DNA of 64,000 nucleotides from assembly GCF_009914755.1 (NCBI RefSeq), contig NC_060938.1. One strand, given 5' to 3'. The translations under genes were made by a program, and so were the position numbers. Of this stretch, positions 1 to 13,719 are shown in pieces. The notes under the pieces are model-generated. The model made no database searches. It was not told where the DNA came from and was given only the letters and a program-made list of their open reading frames with translations. The stretch is from the human T2T-CHM13v2.0 reference genome, Homo sapiens. The first letter of the stretch is position 1, and each line of letters opens with the position of its first letter.

Positions 1-70
1 GCTCAGGTGATCCGCCTGCCTCGGCCTCCCAAAGTGCTGGGATTACAGGCATGAGCCACCGAGCCCAGCT
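1..70 (-). mobile_element. Alu, 5' end (cut by window edge)
   Basis: gtgatccgcctgcctcggcctcccaaagtgctgggattacaggcatgagccacc is the reverse complement of the Alu left-arm start. Confidence 0.95.
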
Positions 71-342
71 GCCTGGTGTACTTTTAATTATTCTTGAAGA
101 TCCAAATAATTGCTTCTCTTGGAAGCTACCTTTCACAGGCAGACTTCATAGCTTCCATATTTGTTCTTGAATGAACTCCATAGGTTACAAGGATTTCCTC
201 ACAAGTCTGTTTCTCCTGCTAGAGTCACTGAGATTGTGATACTAAACAGTGACTTACTCATCTTTGTATTGCTACTCTCTAGTAGAGTGAGTTTACTGGT
301 TAAAGCATTTTCATTAAATGTTTGTTAAGTGAATAAATGTTG

Positions 343-400
343 ATATATATATATATACACACACACACACATACATATATACATATATATCTTTATATAT
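343..400. repeat. (TA)n(CA)n compound microsatellite
   Basis: Visible dinucleotide runs. Confidence 0.9.
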
Positions 401-1344
401 TCTCACCTTCCCCCATCCATTATTTCTTTGGCTAAGGCCACCTGGATTTTCTCTGTTTTCATCTCCATATCTATAGACTGCATAGACCTCTCACACAAAT
501 TTGCATTGCTAGTTGAGGTGTTCTTTGAGCTTCTCAGTGGTTATGACAAAAAGGACTTTAGCAGTTTGTGACTGTGCCCTGGAATCCTTCAGCAGACTGA
601 AATACCTTCAGCTGAAGGAGATGGTGTTTATGCAGAAGCCCAGCACCTAGCCCATCAAGCAGTCTGAGGTTTCAGTTGGTGCCAGAGATAACTCCAGTGA
701 GAGAACTCGGTCTAGGTTTTTAGAAGTTCTTCCCCAGCTAAAGATGACATCTTAATATATAAAGGTTTAATAATCATGGATGGTCCTTTGTAGACATCTA
801 TTGCTGTGGAAACTCTAGTTCTCTTTACCTTGAGTAGCTTCTTAAAAAGAAAAATAAAGAGAAGAACTAGCAGTGGGAAGGGAGAAGGGGTATCAGGTTG
901 TATAAGCAAAGTGATTTCTCTGGCTTATGCTTCTATAAATTTGTTTATAACCACAAACCTCTGGTAACAGGGCATTTGCAGAAGGAAAATATTTATAGAA
1001 GTCTACCTTGCCAATTACATTGCAAAAAATAAATTGCCTTTAGAGTCCTTAAAAAAATTCAAATATGTTTTCCCTCTCCACTGCCACCCCCACATCAATA
1101 ATTTGCAGCTCGAGGTCTATGTCTAAAGGATAAGAGTTTCCACAAGTTGATTGTGGATATCTGAAATCAAATTTAATTACATGTGATGGATCAACTTCTT
1201 GAACTCCCATATTTCTTTCATTGTCTTCTTCGGATTCCATGCCTCACCTTTGTGGAAACTGAACTATAGAGAAATGATAACATGACTCAGAGCCAGCCCT
1301 GCAATCAAGGGGGAGTCATCTAACCCAAATTGGTGAGTTCAGGT

Positions 1345-1490
1345 CAGCAGCATATAGTGTCTTGGAAAGAGCATGGGCTTTGCGGTCAGATAGACCTCCT
1401 TGAATTTGAAACCCAGACTGTTATTAATTATATTGGGCAGAATTCTTAAACTCTCACTCTCCTCATCTTTTAAAATGAGGTTTGAAATTC
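1345..1490 (+). mobile_element. MIR SINE fragment
   Basis: gaaagagcatgggctttg..tcagatagacct..gggcag..cctcatcttttaaaatgagg resembles the MIR core. Confidence 0.7.
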
Positions 1491-1596
1491 ATCATGGAGC
1501 TAGCATGATGATTTACTAGGGAACATTTCTCTGGGTATCAAGGTCCTCAACACTCAGATTGCACTTGCTCTCCAACAGAATTTCCCAGTAATTCCC

Positions 1597-2127
1597 TATG
1601 CTAGTTTTCTTTTGCTGCATAACAAATTACTAGGGACTTAGCTACTTAAAACAACACACATTGATTACCTCACCATTTCTGTAGGTCCTAGGTCCAGGCA
1701 TGAATTAGTTGGGTTCTTTGCTTTAAAACTGCACAAAGATGCAATCAAGCACAGGGTTGTGATCTCATCTGAGGCTTGGGATCTTGTTCCAAGCTCACAC
1801 GGTTAGCAGGATTTAATTCCCTGAAGTTGTAAGACTGAGGCCCTCAGCTTGTAGAAGCTGCTCAGTTCCCTGACATGTGGCCTTTCCATAGGTGTTTCAT
1901 AATATAGCAGCTTCTTCAAAGTTAGTGGTAAAGGCAGTAAAGAAATACATTTACATTTATATTTACTAATGTAATCACAGGAATAACATCCTATCACCTT
2001 TGCCCCATTGTATTGGTTAAAAGCAAGTCACAGGATTCCCACCCATCCTCAAGGGAGGGGAATCACATGAAAGTGTGAATATCAAGAGGTGAAGAGGACC
2101 GTGTCACCCTAGGGTCTATCTACCACA
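1597..2127 (-). mobile_element. MLT1-family (ERVL-MaLR) solo LTR
   Basis: ttgctgcataacaaattac..acttaaaacaacacac..aagcaagtcacagg..ctaccaca, typical of reverse-strand MLT1. Confidence 0.75.
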
Positions 2128-3469
2128 CTGTCAACGTGCAATACCCCTGGCATGTGTCGCAGAGCGCCCTCTTGTCTGTGTGGGTTACTAATTGTTACAG
2201 TGAAATTAGATTCCTCTTTCCAAAGAAGTCAGAGTTGTGAAATGCTTGGGAAACTATGAGCTGTTTCCCCATCCCTTACTGGTGTAGACAAAAATAACTG
2301 ATACAGGGCTTTTATTTCCTGTGGGTTCACACTTAGTCTCGGAATGCTTTAAAAGACAACACACTAGACAGAAGCTAACATTTGGTCAGTGTCAGAAAGT
2401 GTTATAACACCTATTCACCATTCTTGAACTATATTATATCCCAGTGGGCTAGAAGTATGGGTTTGTCTAGCACCATTTTAAGCTTAGTAGAGAGAACTCA
2501 TCTCAGCCTTGTCCCTGGGTCCCTTGAAGTACAAGTGTCCTTAGTAAGGACAATGACAATTCATGTGGAATTAATTAGTAGAAATTCCCACATATAAAAT
2601 TTGTCCTTCACTCTATTTCTTAACAGGAAAAATCAAATCAAATACATTAACACCAATTAGATGACAACATAATCGAAAACAAATGTGTTTACCAAAAAAA
2701 AAAAAAAAAAAGTACAGATAGGTAACTAGGGAAATTGTTAACCCAACAAAGAGAGACTACATGAGTCTGAGTCCCTTGGGAAGGATAAACATGTTTGTAA
2801 ATAAATTTATTTCTCTGTCAATATTTACTTTTCTTTGTGTTCCTCTCCATGTGCTGAGAATTTCCTTCTCAGGCCTTCATGATTCTATGAGTGAATTACT
2901 AGAAATGCTGTTAGTCTCATTATTTTTGTAAAAGAACACCTTGTGCCTGTTCTTGGGCTCAATTTAAGTTAGAGAAAAACAAAATTCATGCACATGAGAG
3001 AGTTCTTATAAGATGGAAGAGACATACTATTGATCTAAGACTTATTTGTTTTAATAGGGGTCCTTAGTCATGAATTATCAGTAAAAAGCATTTTATAGTA
3101 AGTGCAATTTTGGCAAGACCTTGTTTCTCTAGTTGCATAAGGAATCACTACATGATAAGAAACAAGAAAAGTTTACTGGCAGAAATAGAGAAAAGATATG
3201 TACATCTATTTTATCTACCTAAACATAAGTAGATAAAAATATGTGTAAATAGTTCCTTATGTCAGGAAACTGTGTCTGAATATCTTTCTATCCTTAAAGG
3301 CCCGGCACAGTGCTAAGTACATAGTACACAGTAAGCATATAGTAAATGTTTCCATATTTCAGGGACAGAGTTTGGACGCTAAAATGCCAATATTTGTTTG
3401 GCTATAGTGATTTAATCCAGGAAAATAGAAATTAGTTTCCATGCTGTCTCTGGAACTTCCACACCATTC

Positions 3470-3890
3470 TCCCAGCATTTTCATCTATTCACCAAACTAG
3501 AAGCTCTCCAAACCCCATGTTTTAAGGTTTTTAAGGAGGATCCATTACAAAGGCATGATTAATTAAATCATTGTCCACTGGTAATTGACTCAATCTCCTC
3601 CATCTTCATCTCCATCTCTGGAAGTCTGGGGGTAGGGTTTAAAGTTCCAACCCTCTAATCACATGGTTGGTTTCTTTGGCAGTCAGTCCCCATCCTGAAG
3701 CTATCTAGGGTCCATTAAGAGTTACCTTATTAGGATAAACTCAGATTATGGTTCAAAAGGGCTACTTATGAATAACAAAAGACACTCTCCTCCCTGTCAC
3801 TCAGGAAATTTCAAAGGATTTTGAAGCTCTTGTGATAGAAACCAGGGACAAAGACCAAATATGTATTTCTTATTATATCACAATATCACA
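3470..3890. mobile_element. MER21-like LTR fragment
   Basis: gaagctctccaaacccc..ggcatgattaattaaatcattg..aaagttccaaccctctaatcacatggttggtt..caaagaccaaatat..atcaca. Confidence 0.65.
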
Positions 3891-3899
3891 GGCTGTCGC

Positions 3900-4081
3900 T
3901 GTATCCAAATTTCCCCCTTCCTGTAAGGAAATTAAAATAAGGCCAACCCTCATCCAGTATGACCTTGTCGTAACTTGATTATACCTGCAAACATCCTATT
4001 TCCAAGTAAGGTCACATTTATAGGTACTGGGGGCTAGGACTTACACATGTCTTTTTGAAAGACACAATTCAACCCACAACA
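3900..4081 (-). mobile_element. MLT1 LTR fragment
   Basis: cctatttccaagtaaggtcacattt..gtactggggg..gacacaattcaacccacaaca. Confidence 0.7.
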
Positions 4082-6478
4082 GTAACTAATTGACTTCCTT
4101 TCTCCTGAGCTACCCTGTGATTGAGGCAGAGCAATTTTCTCTAAGGACATAGCACTGCAAAGATAGAGCCTATAATCAAACATCCTAGTTGCTCTTTAGG
4201 AGCTCAACCTAGGTCTAGCCTGCTCAATTTAGTATAGTTCACTTCTACGAATAATACTGAACCCAAAGCAAGACTCTGACGAGGATCGAGAAAGCAGTGA
4301 CACACCTAACCATGCTGTAAGGCAGAATAGAAGAGATATAACAGAGATCAAGTGTGTAATCTAGAAAAGGGACATATTGATTATGCTGAGGAGGTAGGCA
4401 TGGGAGGCAGTAGCCATTTGAGAGGCAGAAGCAGCAGGAGCAAATGCATAGAGACAAGAAACTTCCATCTATTGAGTGACTGGTTCCACTTGGCTGAAGT
4501 ATAAGGTAAGTTTGGAGGGACAGGGATGCCAGGGTGTGGAAACACAGGTTTTTGCTTATGAGTCTTCAATGTCTGAGAAAAAAAAAAAAGGCCGCATGGG
4601 ATGTTCTTGTCTATTTTTGCTGTTAGGTGATAAATAGGCAGATATATCTAGGTATGTGTGTGCGTGTTGCCAAGGGATCTGTATTTATACAGATTTAGTG
4701 ACAACATTTATTAACACAACGGGGTGATAGGCTTTGGCATCAGGATGTTGTAATAGTTGTAATTTGGCTTGTATCAACATCCCTATTTTTGCAGATGAGT
4801 AAACTGTGGCTTTGAACAATAAGGACCTCACCCAGGGTCGCCCAGCGCTGGTAAATGTTGGGTTTAGGAACTGAACCCAGGTCTAGCTGGTTCCAGAGCA
4901 CACATTGGTGCTTTCCGTGGCGTGGCCTGTAGGTGACTTCTGAGGGAATTCAGCTCCTTGGTGCTGAGGGCTTAGCCATGATTCCTTTCAGAGTGAGTTC
5001 TCCATGTCTTCTTTGGCCAGGTTCCTGTGCTCAGGGGGATTTTCAAAGATAATGGTGTCCACTGGAGGGAAATATATCTTGGAGCAAAGATGTGCAAGGA
5101 TGGTTCCAGATTCTCCATTCCTATTTATGAAAACTGGCAGATTTGCTGACTGTGAACATAGTGGCCAAAGGGCTGAATAGATATGAGCATTTGAGAGTAA
5201 AATGTGTTTTGGGAAGCTTTAAATTCTTATTTTTGAAATAAGATAATAAATGTCCAAATCAAATGGGAAATTAGTGACCAGGTTAAAAAATAAACTGAGG
5301 TTTTCCAACTCCAAGTTCAGTGTATTTTCTATTTTGTTAAAAAAGTAAAAGTAAATTGCAAAGAAGATACTTGGAGAGGAGGAACAAAGTAAGTAAGGCA
5401 AGGACATGATGGATACAGGGGGATTAACTGGGGAGGGAATGTCTGTAAAGTGTATAAATTTTGGGGTTGGGGGGGGTACAGCTAAAAGGAGCTGTCCTAA
5501 ATCCTGGCAAAGGCCCTCCACTTTAATAAGCGTTGTAACTTTCTCTTTCATTGTTGGAGGTAACACGTATGAAAGGAAAGCAGCAATCAGAACAATGCAG
5601 TTTCCCAGAGGGCTCTTTAGCAGAAGTCTCCTGTGGTTCCATGCTGTTGTTAATGCTCCCCTTATTTTAGTCTCCTGGACTCCCTAAATGCTTTGGACCA
5701 CTTGAGCAAGGCCACGTTGCTAATTGTGCAGAACCCCTTCAGAGGTGGCACCGCTGAGCAAGACCAGGCAACTCAGGCTCTAATGGGCCTTGATTGTGGT
5801 CTCTGGAGCAAAAACCACCTCTTGAAAGCTGCTGTGAGACAGCTATTGGGAGGTTTGGTAGGAAGATTTAGTGCTGCTCTTTGAAGGATCGATGTCTAAG
5901 CTCTTCAAAACCTCCTGACACCTCAGATGGATTCTAGGTGGTTCCCCAGTGGGCACAATCTCATTATCATCCACATACATTTATTTATCTCCTAATAGGG
6001 GCCCATCACTGTATTATGAGGGCCGCAAAGCCTAGCTATGGGGCTAAAACAAGCACACATGAAGCAATGAATGAGTATTAACTGCTGAGATGTATATTTC
6101 TGATGGCCTCTTCAAGGTGCAGAGAAAGAAGATCTCCTCCAAGAGAATTAAATGGTCAGAATTGGGGAGGTAAAAATTAGAATCTGAAGAAACTAAACAT
6201 GCTTTAGAGAGACAGGTGGTTGGCATCAGAATGAATTCCTGGCAATAGGGAGCAACCTGCAGACAGGGAATAAGAATGTACACAGAATGGCCTGAGTAGA
6301 ATAGAAAATGTGTGTCTCTTTTGATTATAACAAGGAAGAAGTCAAGTTTGTTTTTAGTTTGTCTGTAACACCCACTCATTCTTACCAATTTGCCTTATTT
6401 GCAAAGAGACAGCTGTGCCCAGGCCTTTAGAAAGGAACAGTATCTACCGTAATTTATTGGTATTTTATTTTCATTCTA

Positions 6479-6805
6479 CAGATTGAGTATTCCTTATCTA
6501 AAATGCCTGGGACCAGAAGTGTTTCAGATTTTGGATTTTTTTGGGTCTGGGGATATTTACATGTACATAATAAAATATCTTGGAGATGGGACCCAAGTCT
6601 AAACATGAAATTCATTATGTGTCATATATACCTTATATACATAGCTGGAAGGTAATTTTATACAATATTTTAATTAATTCTGAATACCTGTCACATGAGG
6701 TCAGGTATGAAATTTTCCACTTGTGGCATCATGTCAGTGCTCAAAAAGTTTTGAATTTTGTAGCACTTTGGACTTCAGAGTTTCAAATTAAGGATGCTCA
6801 ACCTG
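6479..6805. mobile_element. Tigger4/MER46-type (TcMar-Tigger) MITE
   Basis: Terminal inverted repeats CAGATTGAGTATTCCTTAT / ATTAAGGATGCTCAACCTG, with TA target duplications at 6477 and 6806. Confidence 0.85.
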
Positions 6806-7225
6806 TATTTATTTTTACGGTTAACTTCTATAGGCAAGTGACACTGGTTTCAATGAAAATGTATGTAAATGAAAAGAAGTGAAGCAATTTAAGGAAAAAG
6901 ACGAAATAATAATTCAGGTAGTATATAGATGGGGCAAAAATATGTGATATTGACGCACCATTGACCAAAGTTTGGGAAAAAGAGGAGTCATAGTAAAATG
7001 TTGATCCTTGTGTTGAAGTTTCTGATCCTCCTTGCACTACTCACCATAGATACTCCAGAAAAGTGGAAGAATGAGTCAATAAATAAATCATTCATGACTT
7101 TTCCAAAGGAAATAATCCAACTATCTGCTAATAAGTGTCAAAACTAGGGTAATGACAATGATAAAAAGGAATCAATCCAGGTGACACTTGAGAGTAAGAA
7201 ATAACAAATAACAGATCAGAGTTAG

Positions 7226-7392
7226 GTCAATGTTTCTTAAACTTTAATATGCACACAAATCATCTGGGGATTTTATTAAAATGCAGATTCTGATTCACTA
7301 GGTCTGGGGTGGGGCCTGGGATTCTGCATTTCTAGCAAGCTCCCAGGGAATTCCAGTGCTGCTAGTCAGTGAACCACATGTTGAGTTGTAAA
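7226..7392. mobile_element. MER5A-type hAT-Charlie MITE
   Basis: aaaatgcagattctgattcactaggtctggggtggggcctgggattctgcatttctagcaagctccc. Confidence 0.85.
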
Positions 7393-8316
7393 AGTTCTGG
7401 GTGGTATCAGAGAGGGGCAGAATCACAGTGAACTGTAAAGTTTTGTGCTACTTTAAAATTTTGTTGAAAATGCAATTTTAAATAAGAAATTAAAAACAAA
7501 CTTCTACCCCTAAACATTCTAACTCGGAGGAAGTTCTTTTCCCTGTAAACTTTAGTAATGTCCTTCAATTCTATAATCTCTTGTTTTATTTCTGTAATTC
7601 ATTTTTAGTTACGTTTTGTTCTTGATTCTCATAAGCATAAAGTCCCGATTGGCTCATAATAAACTCTGAGTAGACGAGGCCTGTGAAATACTCTAAAATC
7701 ATGATTTCATTAACACGGGTTGTTTGCACTTGAGGATGAAGTTGCCCAATGTTACACTGTAATGGGCAAAACTGCTTTGCAAACTCAAGTTCTCTAATTC
7801 TGGATGCTTTTGTGTGATGACTTATTGCTATTCCCATGTCTCTATACCAATGACAAAACCTTTCAACCCTCTGAGTTTTTCCCCTAGCTCCTGGGACTAT
7901 GGGTGGGAGAGTCTGAGGGTCATCTATTGATATTGAATGTGGCAGGAGTGAGATTCCTACTCCTCCCCTTCCCTTGCCCTTCTTTTCCAAGGGCATAAGA
8001 AGGAAAGCATGGAGTGTCAGCCAGGCTGCATGGAGCTGCCTACCAGCCAGAACCTGCTAATTCTTATTTTATGGAAGTACCTGTCATGTTTGGCCAAATC
8101 TCCTACAGAAGGATAAAGGAACCAACACAGAATTCAGCTCCCACACTCCCCTGCAGTTATAAAACTTACTTAGCTTTATTTAATTTTTAATTTTTTTTTT
8201 AAGTTTAGAAGCTTCAGTTGAGAACTGCAAATTAAGTTGCGTTCAATAGTCTTTTCCAGCTCATATGCTGCTGCTAGGTTGCAATTATTGCTCGACACCC
8301 TTCCTCAGTGTTTTGA

Positions 8317-8717
<401 letters not shown>

Positions 8718-9253
8718 ACTTATTTTCTTATTTGCATGCTTTATACCTGCTATTACTTAGTTCCTGTGATGTTTCCCAGAAATATGGAATTAGCTGTGCC
8801 AGACACTATGGCCAGAAGACTCAACAGTCACATAGCGTTATGATGGTTAAATGCTAGGATTGAATGTTAAATAAATTTTAAAGTAAATTTTAAGTGGCTG
8901 CATAATAATTTATTGTGTATTCACTAATAATAAATCCTAAGAATCTAATATCCCAAGATAAATGAGCCCAAGAATTTATTCAGACTATATTCTGTAATAT
9001 TCTGTGTGAACAAAGGGAATAATTGGATAGTTTGAGGGGTACCATGATTTCTTACATGTTGTACAACTTAAATATTCTAAGTGTATCTTAGATCACATGC
9101 TACAAATTTCTATTATCACTATTAATAGCTATCAGATATTGAACTCTATTAAGCATCATGTACTTTAGTCAATATTTGAAACCACTCATTGAGGTGGATA
9201 CTATTATCTCCACTTTTTAGGTGAGGAACCTAAGAGTCAAAAACAGAGGTTAA

Positions 9254-9560
9254 GAGCAGGTGTGGTGCCTTGCCCCTATAATCCCAGCACTTTTAGAGGC
9301 TGAGGCAGGCAGATCGCTTGAGGCCAGGAGTTCAAGACCAGCTTGGGCAACATAGTGAGACCCTTGTCTCTACAAAAAATAAAAATACAAAATTAGCTGA
9401 GTGTGGTAGTGCACACCTGTAGTCCCACCTACTTGGGAGGCTGAGACAGAAGGATTGCTTGAGCCAAGGGTTTGAGGCTACAGGGAGCTATGATCATGCC
9501 ACTACACGCTAGCCTGGGTGACAGAGTGAAACCCTGTCTCTAAAAAAAAAGAATAAAAAA
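9254..9560 (+). mobile_element. AluJ inserted into an antisense MIR (~9120-9640)
   Basis: AluJ features (ggattgcttgagcc, gagctatgatc); flanking duplication AGAGGTTAA on both sides. Confidence 0.93.
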
Positions 9561-9979
9561 TAGAGGTTAAATAACTCATGGGTAATGAGTGGCCAAGCTT
9601 AGATTTTAACTTTTTAATTCTACCATCCATGTTCTCAACCATTACACTACACCCATTTAATATTATCAGTAGATTTATCTGTATCTATCCTGAAGGTATT
9701 TATTTTCAACCTATATACTTCCTGCATAATGTGATTTATAATCAATATTTTTATTCCACCCCTAATGGGTATAATGCACTATGCTCAGTTCTGTTGAGAA
9801 ATGCACAGAAGTAAAAGCCATGGTGCTTGTTTAAGAGCTTTTTACAATCTTGTTAGGGGTGTGGTGTGTACATATATACAAAGTTTAGTTTAGTAGAAGG
9901 CCTCAGCATCTATACAAGTTAGTAGGATAAAAGCTATCCCATACTCAGAAAAAAATTTCAAATTAGTATCATGGTTAAG

Positions 9980-10198
9980 AGCAACTTGTCTAACCTGTGG
10001 CCCATAGGGCACATGTGGCCCAGGATGGCTTTGAATGTGGCCCAACACAAATTCATAAACTCCTTAAAACATCGAGGTTTTTGTATTGTTTTGTTTTTTG
10101 CCCATCAACTATCATTACTGTTAGTATATTTTATGTGTGGCCTAAGATAATTCTTCTTCCGATGTGACCCAGGGAAGCCAAAAGATTGGACACCCCTG
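9980..10198. mobile_element. MER30 hAT MITE
   Basis: ggcccaggatggctttgaatgtggcccaacacaaattc..cagggaagccaaaagattggacacccctg. Confidence 0.85.
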
Positions 10199-10404
10199 GA
10201 ATTTTACAGGAATGAGGTGCCATTGTGAGATAGGGTGGCCTGACATATTCTGCTAGGTCAATAAGTATCTCTGATGTGGAAAATAACTAATTGTGGGTTA
10301 TATCATAAACTATTCTCTTTTTAATTTGAAGACATGTTCCTTTCTTTAGGTATTTCTCAATTTGTTAAACAAGGCCATGTTTGATATCTGTATTTTAAAA
10401 TACT

Positions 10405-10605
10405 CTACTCCCCTTTTATCCAAGATTTCACTTTCCTCAGTTTCAGTTATCTGAGGTAATTCCTGTATGAAACTATTAAATGGAACATTCCAGAAATAAA
10501 CAACTTATAAGTTTTAAATTGCATCTCCTTCTGAGTAGCAGGATGAAATCTTGTGCCATCCTACTCTGTCCTACCCAGGGTATGAATTACTTTTTGTCCA
10601 GCTGG
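10405..10605. mobile_element. MER44/Tigger7-type fragment
   Basis: attaaatggaacattccagaaataaacaacttataagttttaaattgca..ttctgagtagcaggatgaaatct. Confidence 0.7.
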
Positions 10606-11423
10606 CCAGTTATTAGATTGTGTTAACCTTTGGGGATTCACCAAGAACCAATGTTATATATGATCCAAGAGTCCACTTCAGTCACACACTCACACCCAGA
10701 ATGCCAGAACTTGCAAGCCACTGTGTAAAATATAGTCTGGAAATTATTTTATGGAACATAGTTATATGGCATTATATGAACAGTTCTTCAAGCATGTATA
10801 CATATAATGATAGCTATATTATTAAACTGTGCCAATTGCCTGCCCTACCCTTTCCACATTTTAACTCTGATTCCTAAACTGTTAGTAAATTCAGAATTCT
10901 GAGTAGTGTTGTGCAATTTCAAAGGACCTGCCCTTTCATCATACTGTTCTGTCTCTGATTAAATACCTTCTTTGTGTAGATCCTTATATAACATAGAGAC
11001 AGATATAATCCTTCTAAATGGTCTCGTAATTTTGTATAAACCCGAGCAGATAATAGTATTGGGGGATATAGGATTTAGAGAAATTTATTCTGATAACTAT
11101 GAGAAGAAATTTATAGGTCAGTGTGGCATTATATTAATCCTTTTTCATCTTATCACACATTTGGCTCAGAATATAAAATGTGTACAGACATGAGATCTGT
11201 ACATTAGGTAGTTATTTATTTTTCTTTGAATAATTCCTTTCTAAAACAAAATGTTGGTCAGCAGAGGTGGTAAAAATGCTAGATTGTTGGTCTTGTTTGC
11301 TAGGATTCATGACCTGTTTCATAAAGGACTTTGCTAGGATTTGTGACATGCTCCATGAAGGACTTAACTTGATCAGACACATTAAACTTCGGAACTGAAA
11401 GAAATATCTGAGCTTGTTCAACC

Positions 11424-11612
11424 CAGAGGTTCTCAAACTTCAGTGTACATCAGAGACCAACTGGAGAGTGTATTATAATATAGTTTGCTGGGTCCCATCC
11501 TAAGAGTTTCTGATTCAGTAGGTTGGGGTAGGGAATAAGAATGCATTTTTAGCATGTTGTCAGATGATGCTGATGTTGCTGGTCTCAGAGCCCTACTTTG
11601 AAAACCACTGGT
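11424..11612. mobile_element. MER5A hAT MITE
   Basis: cagaggttctcaaactt...tttctgattcagtagg...ctttgaaaaccactg, with inverted termini. Confidence 0.8.
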
Positions 11613-12374
11613 CTATTGTAAGGCTTTCTTTTTACCTATGAGAAAACTGAGGACATGAGGGAGGCCATTCATGTACATATATTATTCAAATCCTGTTCCT
11701 TTCCATCCAAAAGCCCTCATGTGGTATCCTGTTGAAGTTTGAATAAAATCCCAAATCCTTATTATCTAGAAGATCTTGCATGCCTGTTCTCTGCCCATCC
11801 TTCCATATCAGAGTCTCCATAGAGCCTTACTTACTTTCACTGCAGTTATTCAATGGACACATTCTTATTTCAGCATGAAAAACAACTAATATGGGCACAT
11901 GGCACAGAACAAAAGTGAAGGTTTGACTTACAGAGAATTTCAATTCCATTTTTCAATTCCTGCCATTTTCTTGGGGGCTCCAAATACAGCTAATATAAGT
12001 CGCATGCTGAGTGACTTGTCAGTCTATATTCCCATGTGGTGGGTCCATCTTGATTCCTCTGTTTTATCTATCAGAGAGTTTGATCCTCATTATAATAATA
12101 GCTATTCATAACATGTATTCATCAGCCATGTACTAGCTACTGTGTCAAACAGTACTGAGATTTAGATGCTGACTTCTGAGGCTAGACTCTTTATTCTTAG
12201 AAAATAAACAACACTGCCCCTCTATTATATACTGAAATAATAGTGATGTTTGTCTAAACAACCCTAGCTGGTCAAACAATGGCAACCCCTTCCCCTGGCT
12301 GCTGTTTTACTCACCATTTGACAAAAAATTAGGTGGTGCCTTTGGAGGAAGAGAAGGGAGATTTAGGCGGAAGG

Positions 12375-12680
12375 ATTTTTTTTTAAAAATTTATTTTTGA
12401 GACAGAGTCTCGTTCTGTCACCCAGGCTGGAGTGCAGTGGCACCATCTCAGCTCACTGCAACCTTTGCTTCCTGGGTTCAAGTGATCCTCTCACCTTAGC
12501 ATCCCAAGTAACTGGAACTATAGGTGCATGCCACCACTCCGGACTAATTTTTGTAGTTTTAGTAGAGACAGGGTTTTGCCATGTTGTACAGGCTGATCTC
12601 AAACCCCTAGCCTCAAGTGATCCGCCCACCTCAGCCTCCCAAAGTGCTGGGATTACAGGCATGAGCCACCACACCCAGCT
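12375..12680 (-). mobile_element. AluJ, antisense to gene
   Basis: tttttgagacagagtctcgttctgtcacccaggctggagtgcagtgg...gagccaccacacccagct. Confidence 0.93.
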
Positions 12681-13260
12681 GAGGTTGAAGGGATTCTTAC
12701 AAAGACATGTGAAGAGAATAAATTGAAAATAAATATGATTACATTAAAACTAAGCTCAGTACTTTAAGATGTCATGTTCTCTGACTTGATAACTGAAGAA
12801 TTTGTGTGAGTCATGAGAAGAAGGTAATTTGTTGTACTTTATATTTTCAGCTATCCTTGAGAATGGTTTCTGCTTCTTACATTCTCAATGATAGACAAGT
12901 CTGACACATGGAGTTTACTTTAAACGGTTAGGCAATCCCATGGGTTGTGGCCCATAGGGTGATAACAATAGAATTTCCTTTTGTCTGACCTTAAAAAAGG
13001 ATATCAGATAAATACTGCTTCCTTGGTGCAGTTAATTTTAGGCCAAAATACAATTATTGGTCAGATGCACAAATTATCTCTTTATTTCTTAAGGATTAGA
13101 AAAAATTTTGAGGAATCCTACTTTCTTCCTAAAGCAGATCTGAAATAGAAATAATTTTATACAAGCTAATTTTTCCAGGGTTTTTGTTTGTTTCTTCTTA
13201 AAAAACTATTTTACCAGAAAATATGAATACGTTCTGAAACTTTACCATAAAAAATTCTCA

Positions 13261-13298
13261 TTTCTTCCCTTCTTTTCCTTTTCTTTTCTCTTTTCTTT

Positions 13299-13349
<51 letters not shown>

Positions 13350-13376
13350 CTCTCTCTTTCTTTCTTTCCTTCTTTC

Positions 13377-13436
<60 letters not shown>

Positions 13437-13455
13437 TTCCTTCTTTCTTTTTTCT
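13261..13455. repeat. ~190-bp (TTTC)n/(CT)n pure-pyrimidine microsatellite
   Basis: Two long (TTTC)n blocks separated by CT/CCTT variants. Confidence 0.97.
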
Positions 13456-13719
13456 ACCTCTTCTTATTTTCTCTCATTCAAGCATTAATGACCTATCAAT
13501 TCTACAGATAGTTAATTCACACTTACAATGTGCCTGTCATATTTATTTTAAATATTGAAACTCACTAGAACCAAAGTCCAAATATGGATGCTCTGTCGTG
13601 GTGAGTCCACTTGTTACAAGGACCCTGGAAAATGAAATCAACTTGGATAGAAACCAACATAGACCCAATTTTATATCATTAAACCATCTTCTATTCTAAA
13701 GAACAACTGTATGTGTATT

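Noticed and set aside
1049-1240. Minus-strand ORF with faint CR1/L3 endonuclease-like 'DFRYP'
   Set aside because: Similarity too short to support a call.
9211-9226. tttttag|gtgagg recursive-like site
   Set aside because: Derived from MIR consensus sequence by point change; no independent support.
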